Below, piece by piece: positions 29,402 to 38,499 of a stretch of 64,000 nucleotides of DNA. The notes below the pieces were generated by a model, which saw nothing but the letters and a program-made list of their open reading frames with translations, had not been told where the DNA came from and ran no database searches. The stretch spans positions 1 through 64,000 of IMG/VR virus record IMGVR_UViG_2872922060_000001; one strand, 5' to 3'. The position numbers were made by a program, and so were the translations under genes. This DNA comes from a virus (Duplodnaviria; Caudoviricetes). Numbering within the stretch: the stretch's first letter is position 1; the number at the start of each line of letters is the position of its first letter.

Positions 29402-30201
29402 CGGACACCCCGCAACTGTCCGGGAGGGACCTCGCCCGGCAGGCCCTCGCCGCCTACAAGGCCACCGCCCGCACTCAGCCCAGCACCCCCGCCAAGTCGG
29501 TCCGCAAGCGGACCGTCCGCCGCGGCCCCGGCCGCGACCCCGTCACCCTCGCCGACGCCATCACCGCCCTCGGAGCCGACCTGCCCCTCGACGCGGGCAT
29601 CGCCGGCGGCAATCTCCTCGACCAGTGGCCCGCCCTCTGCCCCCAGTACGCCGACCGCGTCCATCCCGTCGCCTACGACGAACAGCGTGGCCGCCTCGAC
29701 CTCCGCCCCGGCAGCCACGCCTACGCCGCCCAGCTCCAACTCCTCGGCGGACAACTCGCCAAACAGATCAACGACAAACTCGGCCGCACCGTCGTCCGCA
29801 GCATCCGCGTCCTGCCCGTCGGCAACGTGCCCCAACACGACGCGTATACCGCGGTATACGCCGACCCCTCCGAGACGACCCAGCCGGAGGCGCCAGTGAA
29901 AACCCGGGAGACCGCCTCCGCCGGCTACCGGGCCGCCCTCGCCGCCGCACTCGCCCACAAACCGCCACGCGAACCGCAGAACCCGTACATCGCCGAAGCG
30001 ATCCGCGCCCAGGACGCCGCCCTCCGCGCCAAGCGCCTGCCCGAGTCCGAAGACCGCGACGCCTACTGGGCACAACGAGACGCCGCGGAGAAAACCGGGC
30101 CCGAACCCGGCAGCATCGACGCGTCCATCGCCGCAGCGATCGCCCGCAAACGGCAAGAGCAGACCGGCAGCGAGCCCCGCCGGCTCTTCGGCGCCGCGTA
30201 G
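29398..30201 (+). CDS. DciA/DUF721-family protein
   Basis: 'DLARQAL', 'RDP..L', 'W...P......G.L......A.A.QL.L....L...IN..LG..VV.SIRV'. Confidence 0.85.
   Translation: MTDTPQLSGRDLARQALAAYKATARTQPSTPAKSVRKRTVRRGPGRDPVTLADAITALGADLPLDAGIAGGNLLDQWPALCPQYADRVHPVAYDEQRGRLDLRPGSHAYAAQLQLLGGQLAKQINDKLGRTVVRSIRVLPVGNVPQHDAYTAVYADPSETTQPEAPVKTRETASAGYRAALAAALAHKPPREPQNPYIAEAIRAQDAALRAKRLPESEDRDAYWAQRDAAEKTGPEPGSIDASIAAAIARKRQEQTGSEPRRLFGAA
29844..29859. promoter_or_regulatory. parS-like palindrome copy 1 (inside dciA)
   Basis: GTATACCGCGGTATAC. Confidence 0.7.
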
Positions 30202-30210
30202 GAGTCCGCC

Positions 30211-30642
30211 GTGCACCTCGCCCTCATCGCACTGACCGGTAGCCGTCGCTGGCCGGACGTGCCCCTACTCGAGGACACGCTGATGCTGGTCTGGCACGAC
30301 GCCCTCCAGGACGGCTACACCGGCATCGAGCTCATGCACGGCTGCGCCGAAGGTGCCGACACCATCGGCGGCCAATGGGCCCGCCGCCACGGCATCCCCG
30401 TCCGGGAACGACCCGCCGACTGGCAAGGCCCCTGCGGGCCCGAGTGCCAGCCCGGCCACCGGCGCCGCAACCGCCGCGGCCTCGACTACTGCCCCCTCGC
30501 CGGCCACCGCCGCAACCAGCAGATGGTCGACGAACGGCCAGCCCTGTTTGTGGCCGCCTCGTACCGGAGCTCCAGTGGCACCGCGGACTGTGTCCGCCGG
30601 GCTAAGGCAGCCGGGATCCCCGTGTACCAGATTCCGATCTGA
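30211..30642 (+). CDS. SLOG/YspA (DUF2493) family protein
   Basis: 'TGSR.W', 'MHG.A.GAD', 'AG.RRNQQMVD' and 'SSGT.DC..RA..AGIPV'. Confidence 0.85.
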   Translation: MHLALIALTGSRRWPDVPLLEDTLMLVWHDALQDGYTGIELMHGCAEGADTIGGQWARRHGIPVRERPADWQGPCGPECQPGHRRRNRRGLDYCPLAGHRRNQQMVDERPALFVAASYRSSSGTADCVRRAKAAGIPVYQIPI

Positions 30643-30686
30643 GAAGGGCCTTGACTCCGCATACTCCGACTATGCATACTCGGGGT

Positions 30687-31091
30687 ATGCAGACGACGGA
30701 GCAGGGCATCATCAACCCGCTGAACCTCCCCCTCATCGACACCACCACCTACTCCCCCCTTCACGAGGTGCGCGACGAGGAACACCGCGACGCCATCGCC
30801 GCCGACATGCGCAAGCGCGGCTGGCACGGCGCCCCGCTGGTCGTACTGCCCGACTACCTGCTGTCCCTGACGGGCGTACACCGACGCTCTGCCGCCGAAC
30901 TGGCCGGGCTGGAGGAGATCCCCGGCGTCTCTCTGGAAGACCTCTTCGAGGCGTGCGGAACAGACCTGTGGGACGCGATCAACAGCGATGAGGAGTACAT
31001 GAACGCCTCGTGCTACTACGACTACAGCCGCGTCATCGCCGACCACCTTCCCGAAGAGGTCATCGAGACCTACGGCCTGGACATGCACTGA
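30687..31091 (+). CDS. ParB/Srx N-terminal-like domain protein
   Basis: 'AIAADMRKRGW.GAPLVV...LTG.HR..AA...GLEEIP'; TTGACT-N18-CATACT promoter 6 nt upstream (leaderless). Confidence 0.65.
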   Translation: MQTTEQGIINPLNLPLIDTTTYSPLHEVRDEEHRDAIAADMRKRGWHGAPLVVLPDYLLSLTGVHRRSAAELAGLEEIPGVSLEDLFEACGTDLWDAINSDEEYMNASCYYDYSRVIADHLPEEVIETYGLDMH

Positions 31092-31146
31092 CCGACCCAG
31101 ACCGCCTCACCCTCGACGACATCATCTGAACCCAAGGGGATCCCCG

Positions 31147-31443
31147 ATGACCACACCCACCACCGGCTACGAGGCCGAACCGTCCGACGTTGCCGCCGAG
31201 GTCGCCTCCCACCTGGACGACATCACCGACCCGCTGGAGCGCTACCACCGGGCCACCGCCGCGCAGGCCCACCACCAGGCGGTCGCCTCCAAGTTGCAGC
31301 AGGAGCGGGACAAGGCGCTCGCCCAGCTGAATGCGGACGGCGCCTCCTACGAGAAGCTTACGAGCCTGGTGCCGGGCATGACCCGCTCCGGGATCCAGAA
31401 AGCGGTGGAGCGCGGCCGGCGTCTGTCTCATGACCCCAGCTGA
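31147..31443 (+). CDS. Small HTH-like protein
   Basis: 'RD.AL..L...GASY..L.....GMTRSGIQK'. Confidence 0.65.
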   Translation: MTTPTTGYEAEPSDVAAEVASHLDDITDPLERYHRATAAQAHHQAVASKLQQERDKALAQLNADGASYEKLTSLVPGMTRSGIQKAVERGRRLSHDPS

Positions 31444-32068
31444 GCGGGCCGAGACGAAGCAGCTGATTGTCCACGCTCTCGCCCACGGCTCCCAGGTGCG
31501 TCAAGCCGTAGCGGCACAGGGCATCGGCTATCCGACATTCGCCCGGTGGCGGCGCTCCGACCCCGTCTTCGACGCCCAGGTCAGTGAGGCGCTACGGAAC
31601 AGCGGGCGCGCCCAACATGCCGTCCGACCAACGTCCCGGTACCTGACGTCGCCGGTCGCCCGGGCAGGTAAGGCCCGGGTACTGGAGGCGCTGGTCTGGG
31701 GGGCGACTATGAACGAGGCAGCCGATGCGGCCGACGTGTCCGAGTCGACGGTCAGGGCCTGGCGGCGCGAGGACCCGGACTTCGACCGAGCTGTGTTCCG
31801 TCTATGGCGGGCTGGCCCTGAGGCAAATCGCCCTCTCCCTCTCGCCCCTGATCCTGCCTGCGCGGCGGACGGCTGCTCCGAGACCGATCTGCACGCGCGG
31901 GGCCTGTGTGTCCGGCACTACCACCAGCAGCGGCGCACAGGACGGCTACGCCCGGCTGGCTGGGTATACGGGAGGCAGGACTGCTCGGTCGTGGGGTGCG
32001 ATGAGCCGCACCGGGCACAGGGGTTTTGCGCCGCGCATTACGAGACGACGTACCGTCGCGCAACTTAA
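31430..32068 (+). CDS. Tandem HTH plus tandem zinc-finger protein
   Basis: Two 'WRR.DP.FD' HTH repeats and two 'C...GC....ARG.C..HY' units. Confidence 0.7.
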   Translation: MTPAERAETKQLIVHALAHGSQVRQAVAAQGIGYPTFARWRRSDPVFDAQVSEALRNSGRAQHAVRPTSRYLTSPVARAGKARVLEALVWGATMNEAADAADVSESTVRAWRREDPDFDRAVFRLWRAGPEANRPLPLAPDPACAADGCSETDLHARGLCVRHYHQQRRTGRLRPAGWVYGRQDCSVVGCDEPHRAQGFCAAHYETTYRRAT

Positions 32069-32136
32069 GCCGGGGGAACAGCGGTCCGGATCTGGTGCAC
32101 CGTGAGAGCGATCACCCCGCACGAACGGAGCCGCCC

Positions 32137-32289
32137 ATGCCCCACACCCCCGACTGGCACGCCCTCGAGGAAACCAACGAACGCGTCTGGCTCGACCAGT
32201 GGGCCCGCGGCGCCATCGACCCCCACAGCCTCCGCCCCCACCGGCCGGCGCCCGCTCCCGAGCCCGCCCTTACCGGGAGCACCCGATGA
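32137..32289 (+). CDS. Small hypothetical protein
   Basis: GGAG RBS; coupled to the next ORF. Confidence 0.4.
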   Translation: MPHTPDWHALEETNERVWLDQWARGAIDPHSLRPHRPAPAPEPALTGSTR

Positions 32290-32516
32290 CCACCGCCCCT
32301 GCTCGACGCATCCCCGGCCAGCCCGTCAACGTCCACGCCCCCGCGCCCGGAGTCGGCCGGGAGACCAGCCGCGTCCCCTGCCGTCTCCCCGGCCAGGCTC
32401 GCCGAGAGTGGCCCCGCCCACCGCTCATCCACGACCACGCCCGGTTGTTCGTCGAGCCCACCTACCTCGATGGCCAGCCCTACAGCGCGGACGATAAGGA
32501 TGACACCGGGGAGTAG
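32286..32516 (+). CDS. Small hypothetical protein
   Basis: GGGAG RBS; ATGA overlap. Confidence 0.4.
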   Translation: MTTAPARRIPGQPVNVHAPAPGVGRETSRVPCRLPGQARREWPRPPLIHDHARLFVEPTYLDGQPYSADDKDDTGE

Positions 32517-32562
32517 CAGGTGACCAGCCTGACGTCTGTCTGAGCCGAATCATGCGGACGGC

Positions 32563-32645
32563 GTATACCGCGGTATACGCCGAGGGTCTCACCCCCGCCC
32601 CCCGCCGCCGGGAACCAGCGCCGCTGAAGGTATACCGCGGTATAC
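32563..32645. promoter_or_regulatory. parS-like palindromes copies 2 and 3 upstream of parA
   Basis: GTATACCGCGGTATAC at 32563-78 and 32630-45. Confidence 0.8.
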
Positions 32646-32758
32646 GCCCGCTGCGGTGAACCAGCAGCCCACTCCCCGACCCCGTGTGGTCGATCTGAGA
32701 AGCTATGCCTCGTCCGAGTACCGAGCCCGCCTCGGGAAGCACACGGAAACGGAGCAGC

Positions 32759-33424
32759 ATGCCCTCCTCAGTTCTGGTCATCTCCATCGACCCACAGGGA
32801 TCCACCCTCTGGTGGGCCGACCGCATCGGTGACGACCTCCCCTTCGACTTCGCCACCGCCCACGACGACCCCGACAGCCTCAGCAACCTGATCTCCCTCA
32901 AGGAATCGGGCGCGAAGGTCCACGTCGTCGCCAACCAGAAGGGCGGGGTCGGCAAGACGACGATAGTGATGAACCTCGCCGCTACCGCCCAGGACGTCCT
33001 CAAGGCAGGCAACCAGGTACGGCACGTGTTCATCGACACCCCCGGCTCCATCGAGGACGAACGCCTCCTGACCGCAGCCCTCGAAGTCGCCGACGACGTG
33101 ATCGTGCCCCTCCCCCCGGACCCGCTCGCGTTCGACCCGACCACCCGCACCATCGAGAAGGTCATCAAGCCCCGCGGCCTCCCCTTCAAGGTCATCATCA
33201 ACAACTGGGACGCCCGCGACGGCAAGACCGACATGCTCGACACCCGAGCATTCGTCACAGCGCAGGGCTGGTCCCTCGCAGAGACCGGGATCCGCCGGTA
33301 CCGCATCCACACCCGCGCCCCCGCCGAAGGGAAGCTCGTCACCCACTACCCCGACAGCGGTACCACCCTCAGAGCCCGCCAGGACTTCCTCAAGCTCGCC
33401 CTCGAGCTGGGCTACGGGGGCTGA
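32759..33424 (+). CDS. parA: ParA family ATPase with permuted motif order
   Basis: NQKGGVGKTT, DPQGS, IDTPG and 'ADDVIVP'; alternative start at 32705. Confidence 0.88.
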   Translation: MPSSVLVISIDPQGSTLWWADRIGDDLPFDFATAHDDPDSLSNLISLKESGAKVHVVANQKGGVGKTTIVMNLAATAQDVLKAGNQVRHVFIDTPGSIEDERLLTAALEVADDVIVPLPPDPLAFDPTTRTIEKVIKPRGLPFKVIINNWDARDGKTDMLDTRAFVTAQGWSLAETGIRRYRIHTRAPAEGKLVTHYPDSGTTLRARQDFLKLALELGYGG

Positions 33425-33426
33425 CC

Positions 33427-34452
33427 GTGGCAGGAAAGCGCGTATCCCTGGCCTCCCTCGCCGGGGCCCCTGTCGAGACCGTGCCCGGCGCCTCACGCCC
33501 CGACCTGATCCACGTCCCCCCGAGCACCGTCGCCCCTACCCCCCTCAACCCGCGGCGCGCCTTCGACGAGACCGAGCTGGCCGAACTCGGCGAAGACATG
33601 CGAGGAGGACAGCTCCAGCCGTGCGTGGCCGTGAACAAGGCCGCCTACCTGAAGCTGTACCCCGAGCACGCCGACCAGCTGCCCGCTGGTTGCCGGTACG
33701 TCATGGCCGCCGGCGAACGCCGCTGGCGCGCCGCCGTCAAGGTCGGCCTCGAGCACCTCGACCTGCTGCTGCGGCACGACCTCACCGAATCCCGCGTCCG
33801 GTTCCTCGCCGCGGTGTTGTCGGAGAACGTGCAGCGCGCCAACTTCAATCCCATCGAGGAAGCCGACGGCCTGCGTGCCATGCTCGACCTCCACGACGGC
33901 AACCAAGCCGCGGCAGCGCGAGCCATGGGCAAGTCGAAGCAGTGGTTCAACCAGCGCATCGGCCTGCTGCGGCTGACGGATCAGATGGTGCAGCTGGTCC
34001 TCGAAGGGAAACTGACTGCGTTCCGCGAGATGCGCCGGTACGCGGCTATGCCGCCGGAGGAGCAGTATGCAGCGTGGCAGGCGGACCAAGAGCAGCCGCG
34101 TCCGCCCAAGCAGCCATCCGTCGAGTTGAACCCGGGGAAGATTGCTGGCACCGTTCAGCAGCAGCAGGCGTATACCGCGGTATACCCGCCCGCCGACACA
34201 GCCGCCGCAGCCTCACCGGCACCGGTCCCAAGCCAGCCAGAGGCCACAGCAGCAGCGGAACGCATCCCCGAATCACGGACCGCCATTCAGGCGGACACGC
34301 CAGCGGCCCAGCCATCAGCGAGACGATTCCCCTACGACGATGGCCTGTCCGCGGGACAACTCCTGATCCATAAGATGCCGCCGGCGGAGCTGGAGAAGGT
34401 GACCGACATGCTCATTGCTCACCGGGAGAAGCAGACCGCTGGCGTCAGCTGA
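33427..34452 (+). CDS. parB: ParB family partition protein
   Basis: 'NPRR.F', 'GQLQP', 'GERRWRAA', 'ENVQR..FNPIEEA' and an HTH. Confidence 0.93.
   Translation: MAGKRVSLASLAGAPVETVPGASRPDLIHVPPSTVAPTPLNPRRAFDETELAELGEDMRGGQLQPCVAVNKAAYLKLYPEHADQLPAGCRYVMAAGERRWRAAVKVGLEHLDLLLRHDLTESRVRFLAAVLSENVQRANFNPIEEADGLRAMLDLHDGNQAAAARAMGKSKQWFNQRIGLLRLTDQMVQLVLEGKLTAFREMRRYAAMPPEEQYAAWQADQEQPRPPKQPSVELNPGKIAGTVQQQQAYTAVYPPADTAAAASPAPVPSQPEATAAAERIPESRTAIQADTPAAQPSARRFPYDDGLSAGQLLIHKMPPAELEKVTDMLIAHREKQTAGVS
34170..34185. promoter_or_regulatory. parS-like palindrome copy 4 (inside parB)
   Basis: GTATACCGCGGTATAC. Confidence 0.7.
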
Positions 34453-34465
34453 ACCTGCCGCGTCT

Positions 34466-34499
34466 GGCCCCGCCGTCGTTGTCTGACGATGGCGGGGCC
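34466..34499 (+). terminator. Terminator after parB
   Basis: ggccccgccgtcgt/acgatggcggggcc stem. Confidence 0.7.
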
Positions 34500-35075
34500 C
34501 CTTCGTGCGTGAGGCACTGTCGCGGTGCCCAGCAGCGGCCCCCGCGCCTGACCGAACGCAACACGGCTCTACCCCGTGACGAGATCCACGGATAGACTCG
34601 CGTCATCTGACGGGCATGCGCTCGTGAGGTCTCAAGCCCCCACACCAGGGAACCGGGCGTTGTCGGCAACACCGCCCCACTCCTGATGCTGGGGGCGTCC
34701 GCATTTCCAGGGCACACACCACCGCTAGACACCAGTGAGTAACGGATCGCGCCATCTCCGTCACGGAATCAGTCACGGGCTGGTGAAAAGTCGACCCGAC
34801 GTTACCCACCCAAGGAAAACGATGCCACAGTAGGCATCCCCTCAATGTGGACTGGCAGCCACCCAGGGGGCGCAGGCCCGTCACCCGACCACTGGCGGGC
34901 AGGCGGACCTTCCCACATCTGCCGGAGGAGCGGAGACGCCCCCATGCCCGCAGCGGAGCCGGCCGACCCCACACCGCCCACGAACCCCCTCAACGCGATC
35001 GAGGGCGCGGCCGTGATCCCCATCCATGCGCGCCGCACGGGACGCGGCGCCCCCAATCACAGGGGGTGGAACCCC

Positions 35076-35348
35076 ATGGACACTCCCACCACCCCGGACC
35101 CGTCCGACAGGTCCGGCAGCCGGTACGACGACGCCCTGGCCCTGGTCGCCGACGACATGGAAAAAGCGTTCAACGCCATCGGCCGCAGCCTCACCAACGA
35201 CGAGACCGCGGCCGTGTACGCGCGCACCCTGGCCCTCGTGGCGCACACACTGCGCGGCGCCGCCGCCACCGGCATCGTCACCGAGCAGCAGCGGGAGGCG
35301 CTCGCCGAGCTGATCGACGGCATGGCGCAGGCGCCCCGGTTTGTGTAA
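35076..35348 (+). CDS. Hypothetical protein
   Basis: High GC3, helical 90 aa. Confidence 0.55.
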   Translation: MDTPTTPDPSDRSGSRYDDALALVADDMEKAFNAIGRSLTNDETAAVYARTLALVAHTLRGAAATGIVTEQQREALAELIDGMAQAPRFV

Positions 35349-35593
35349 CCGCCGCGCCCCCAGGGGAGTTTGCGCATATGCCGGGGATTCGTGCCATTCG
35401 CCCGGCAGGGCTTGACACAGGTCCGCAACAGAGCGTTGATCCTTTCTGACGAAGCGTTCACCGATAGGCGCGCACATGCCATCATGAGGCGTCCGGAACA
35501 CCCGGAGTAACAACTTCGGCCTCCGGCGCGCGCCCCTGCACTTTGCTGTACGGACGTCCCGCGCCCCTGGAGGCCGCACAGGGGACGGGGACA

Positions 35594-36154
35594 ATGCCCA
35601 TGACAGATGGGGACAACACGAACACCACGCAGGACACCGCAGCCAAGAGGCTGCGCGATCTGCACGACTACTACCTGAAGCACCCCGTCACCGGCCCCAC
35701 GGCAAGACGCGCCCCCACCACCAGCGCCTCCGCGCCGCTCAGTCTCGCCACCCTGGACCACATCCAGTCCTCCGTCCGTGAAGTCGCGGAGCAGACTCTC
35801 GCCGCCAACCCTGACGCCGGCCGCGCTCCGTCCCGCGCGGACGCCGTCTACGACTGGTGCCGCCAGCAGACCGAGCACGCCGACGAGATCGCCCAGCAGC
35901 GACTGGAGAGCATCGAGTACCGGCACTACCTCGAGCACGCCATCCGAGCCGGCGACACGAAAGTTGTCCGCAGGCACCGCTGCCCGAGCTGCGGGACCGC
36001 CGGCTTGCTGTGGCAGCAGGCCATGGGTCGCGCCACCTGCGTCAACCTGCACTGCGCCCGCCGCAACGGCGGACTGTCCAGGTCCTGGACGCTGGCCTAC
36101 CTCGCCTACGAGCACGTCGCAGCGAACGCGTCTTTGAAGGAGTGCGCAACCTGA
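35594..36154 (+). CDS. Zinc-ribbon-containing hypothetical protein
   Basis: CPSC...CVNLHC. Confidence 0.65.
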   Translation: MPMTDGDNTNTTQDTAAKRLRDLHDYYLKHPVTGPTARRAPTTSASAPLSLATLDHIQSSVREVAEQTLAANPDAGRAPSRADAVYDWCRQQTEHADEIAQQRLESIEYRHYLEHAIRAGDTKVVRRHRCPSCGTAGLLWQQAMGRATCVNLHCARRNGGLSRSWTLAYLAYEHVAANASLKECAT

Positions 36155-36290
36155 ACCGGGGTACGGGAGTCGTACTCAGCGCCACGGACAACTCAACACC
36201 GTTTCACCACAACCGGATTGGCACAGTCCACCCCCGTTTGTCGACCGCCGGAGCTGCGAACGATGGTCGAGTCGATCAATGGGAGGCCCC

Positions 36291-36554
36291 ATGGCCATCA
36301 CCACCCTCGCCCCAGCCGACTACAGCCCCGCACCCATCGCTGACCCCGTCACGTACAAGGAAGCAGCCTTGCTGTTCATGGAAACCGGATACCCGGAGTT
36401 CCAGAGCAACCTGAAGACGGTGGTGCGCAAGCTGACGCGGTGGGGAACGCAAGACGGGCTGCGTACTGAAAGACGCGGCGGGGTCGATCACGTCTCCTTC
36501 AGTGACCTCCTGGAGGCGCACGCTCGCCGGCACCCTTCACCAGGAAGGCCCTGA
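36291..36554 (+). CDS. Small wHTH/excisionase-like DNA-binding protein
   Basis: GGAGG RBS; 'VTYKEAA.L...L.RW...V.FSDLL'; hairpin at ~36588-36624 downstream. Confidence 0.55.
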   Translation: MAITTLAPADYSPAPIADPVTYKEAALLFMETGYPEFQSNLKTVVRKLTRWGTQDGLRTERRGGVDHVSFSDLLEAHARRHPSPGRP

Positions 36555-36653
36555 CCGGCTCACCGCCCGGTCCCCCGCCTACTCTTCGAGGCCCCGCCTC
36601 CCTGCACCGGGACGCGGGGCCTTCGTGTGTCCGCTCGAAAACAACCGCGCTAC

Positions 36654-36685
36654 GCATTGCGATGCAATGCATAGCGCGGTACGGT
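36654..36685 (+). promoter_or_regulatory. Operator-overlapped promoter
   Basis: GCATTGC-GAT-GCAATGC over TTGCGA-N17-TACGGT. Confidence 0.8.
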
Positions 36686-36756
36686 GAGTGTGTTGATAGG
36701 GAACCGCCCCACACCAGGGCCAATCCACCCCTAGCCTTCCCCTCCCTGGAGCCACC

Positions 36757-37089
36757 GTGGCCGTGATGACGCATGCCCCCGCACGCCCCGAAGCCGACTA
36801 CCGCGCCCTCCCCGGGCCCGTCCAGGACGCCTTCACCGCGCTCATGGAGCAGGCAGACACGGCTGGCACCACCGACCACTTCCTCACCCTCATGGCCCGA
36901 GCCGCCAGCCTCATCGGCATGCCGCTCCCGCCCAGCGGTGACATACGGCGCTGCGCCTGCTCCTGCGTCTGCGGCTGCATCTTCGACGCCGAGGACCCCG
37001 GCGCGCACGTCATCGAGCACGGCGAGGGCTACAACCTCGGCCGCGTCCAGTGCCCCACCTGCGCCGACTGGCACCCCGAAACCGCCTGA
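36757..37089 (+). CDS. Cys-rich hypothetical protein
   Basis: GGAG RBS; CACSCVC...CPTC. Confidence 0.6.
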   Translation: MAVMTHAPARPEADYRALPGPVQDAFTALMEQADTAGTTDHFLTLMARAASLIGMPLPPSGDIRRCACSCVCGCIFDAEDPGAHVIEHGEGYNLGRVQCPTCADWHPETA

Positions 37090-37102
37090 AGGGAGTCTCG
37101 AC

Positions 37103-37264
37103 ATGAGCCAGCAGACCGACGCTGACACCACCGACCATCGCTTCGTAGTGCGCGAGCTCGGCCCTCGCTGCTTCGTCGTGGACGACACCATCACCGCGCT
37201 CAGCTACGACATGCGCTTCACCCGTGAGGCCGCGCAGCGAGCAGCCGACCGTCGCAACGCCTGA
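37103..37264 (+). CDS. Small hypothetical protein
   Basis: GGGAG RBS; 53 aa. Confidence 0.5.
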   Translation: MSQQTDADTTDHRFVVRELGPRCFVVDDTITALSYDMRFTREAAQRAADRRNA

Positions 37265-37336
37265 CCCACCGCAGACCTCCCGGCGGCGCGTGAAGCCCAC
37301 ACCGCGCCGCCGGGCCACCAACCCCAGGAGGACCAC

Positions 37337-37759
37337 ATGGCCACCACCGCCATGAACCTGCACGTGATGGCCGCCTACGTGAACCTCTACGGCGTCCACA
37401 CCGGCGACCAGTTCGCAGCCCCCGACGACCAACTGGACATCTGCGCCATCGCCTACGTCGTCGCCGAAGACCGCCCCGCCCCGCCCGAGTTCTACACCGA
37501 CGAAATCGCCTCGATTCGCCTCATCGAGTCCAGCGCCCGCGCCATGGCCGCCATCCGCGCCATCTCCGACACCCTCGACAGCGACCCCTGCGAAACCGAA
37601 ATCGCCCCCGGCCACACCATCCCCGACTACATCGAGCACGTCTCCAACTGGGCCGCCACCCCGCCCATCGGCGCCACCAAGCCGCCGTCCACCAGCGAAG
37701 TCATCGGCCGCATCCTCCGCGCCGCCCAGGCCCTCGGCACCCAGACCACCGCCGCCTGA
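37337..37759 (+). CDS. DUF6197-like hypothetical protein
   Basis: AGGAGG RBS; 'G.H.G...LDICA...W....EVI..ILRAA'. Confidence 0.6.
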   Translation: MATTAMNLHVMAAYVNLYGVHTGDQFAAPDDQLDICAIAYVVAEDRPAPPEFYTDEIASIRLIESSARAMAAIRAISDTLDSDPCETEIAPGHTIPDYIEHVSNWAATPPIGATKPPSTSEVIGRILRAAQALGTQTTAA

Positions 37760-37770
37760 AAGGCCCCGCC

Positions 37771-37968
37771 ATGACCATGAACTCCTACGAGGACGGCTAC
37801 ACCGACGGCGAACTCGCCGCCATCACCCACCTCCCCTCCCGCCGCGTCCACGCCCGCGCCGCCATGGCCGACCAGTACGACTTCCTGTACGCGCAGGGCC
37901 TCATCGACGGCTACCTCCACGCCATCGCCGTCAACGCCGCCCTCACCGACAAGCAGCGGACCACCTGA
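37771..37968 (+). CDS. Small hypothetical protein
   Basis: GAAAGG RBS; 'YEDGY..G' motif. Confidence 0.55.
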   Translation: MTMNSYEDGYTDGELAAITHLPSRRVHARAAMADQYDFLYAQGLIDGYLHAIAVNAALTDKQRTT

Positions 37969-38043
37969 ATCCATCACCCCCCCCACGCCGAGCACCGGAG
38001 CACCACCCGACCCCAGCACACCCCCGCAGGACGGAGACCCACC

Positions 38044-38499
38044 ATGGCCGCCACCCACCAAACCGCACCCACGCCCACAGCGGCCACCCCCACCCACAAA
38101 CCCCCACTCCCCACCCGACGCCGCAACTTCGTCGGCCCCTACACCCCCGCCGAACAGGCCACCCTCCTCGCTGTCCTCGCCAGCGCCAAAGCAGCCCTCC
38201 CCGTCTCCTTCCGCGCCTGGAACGGCCCCCGAGCCCTCCTCAACGACGGCACCCTCCTCACCCACACCCCCACCGCAGCCATCACCACCCAGAACCCCAC
38301 CTTCATCGCCCACATCCCCTGCTCCCACGGCGCCACCCACGCCTACCTCATCCACACCGCCCACGACCTCGCCGCCGCCCGCGCCACCACCCGCACCTGC
38401 ACCACCCCCCACCGCCCACAGCAGCCCACCGAGCACGCCACCGCCGGCCCCACCACCCACGCCGACACCGACCAGCCGAAGGAGCACCCCCAACCGTGA
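38044..38499 (+). CDS. Hypothetical protein
   Basis: GGAG RBS; coupled to the exonuclease. Confidence 0.55.
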   Translation: MAATHQTAPTPTAATPTHKPPLPTRRRNFVGPYTPAEQATLLAVLASAKAALPVSFRAWNGPRALLNDGTLLTHTPTAAITTQNPTFIAHIPCSHGATHAYLIHTAHDLAAARATTRTCTTPHRPQQPTEHATAGPTTHADTDQPKEHPQP

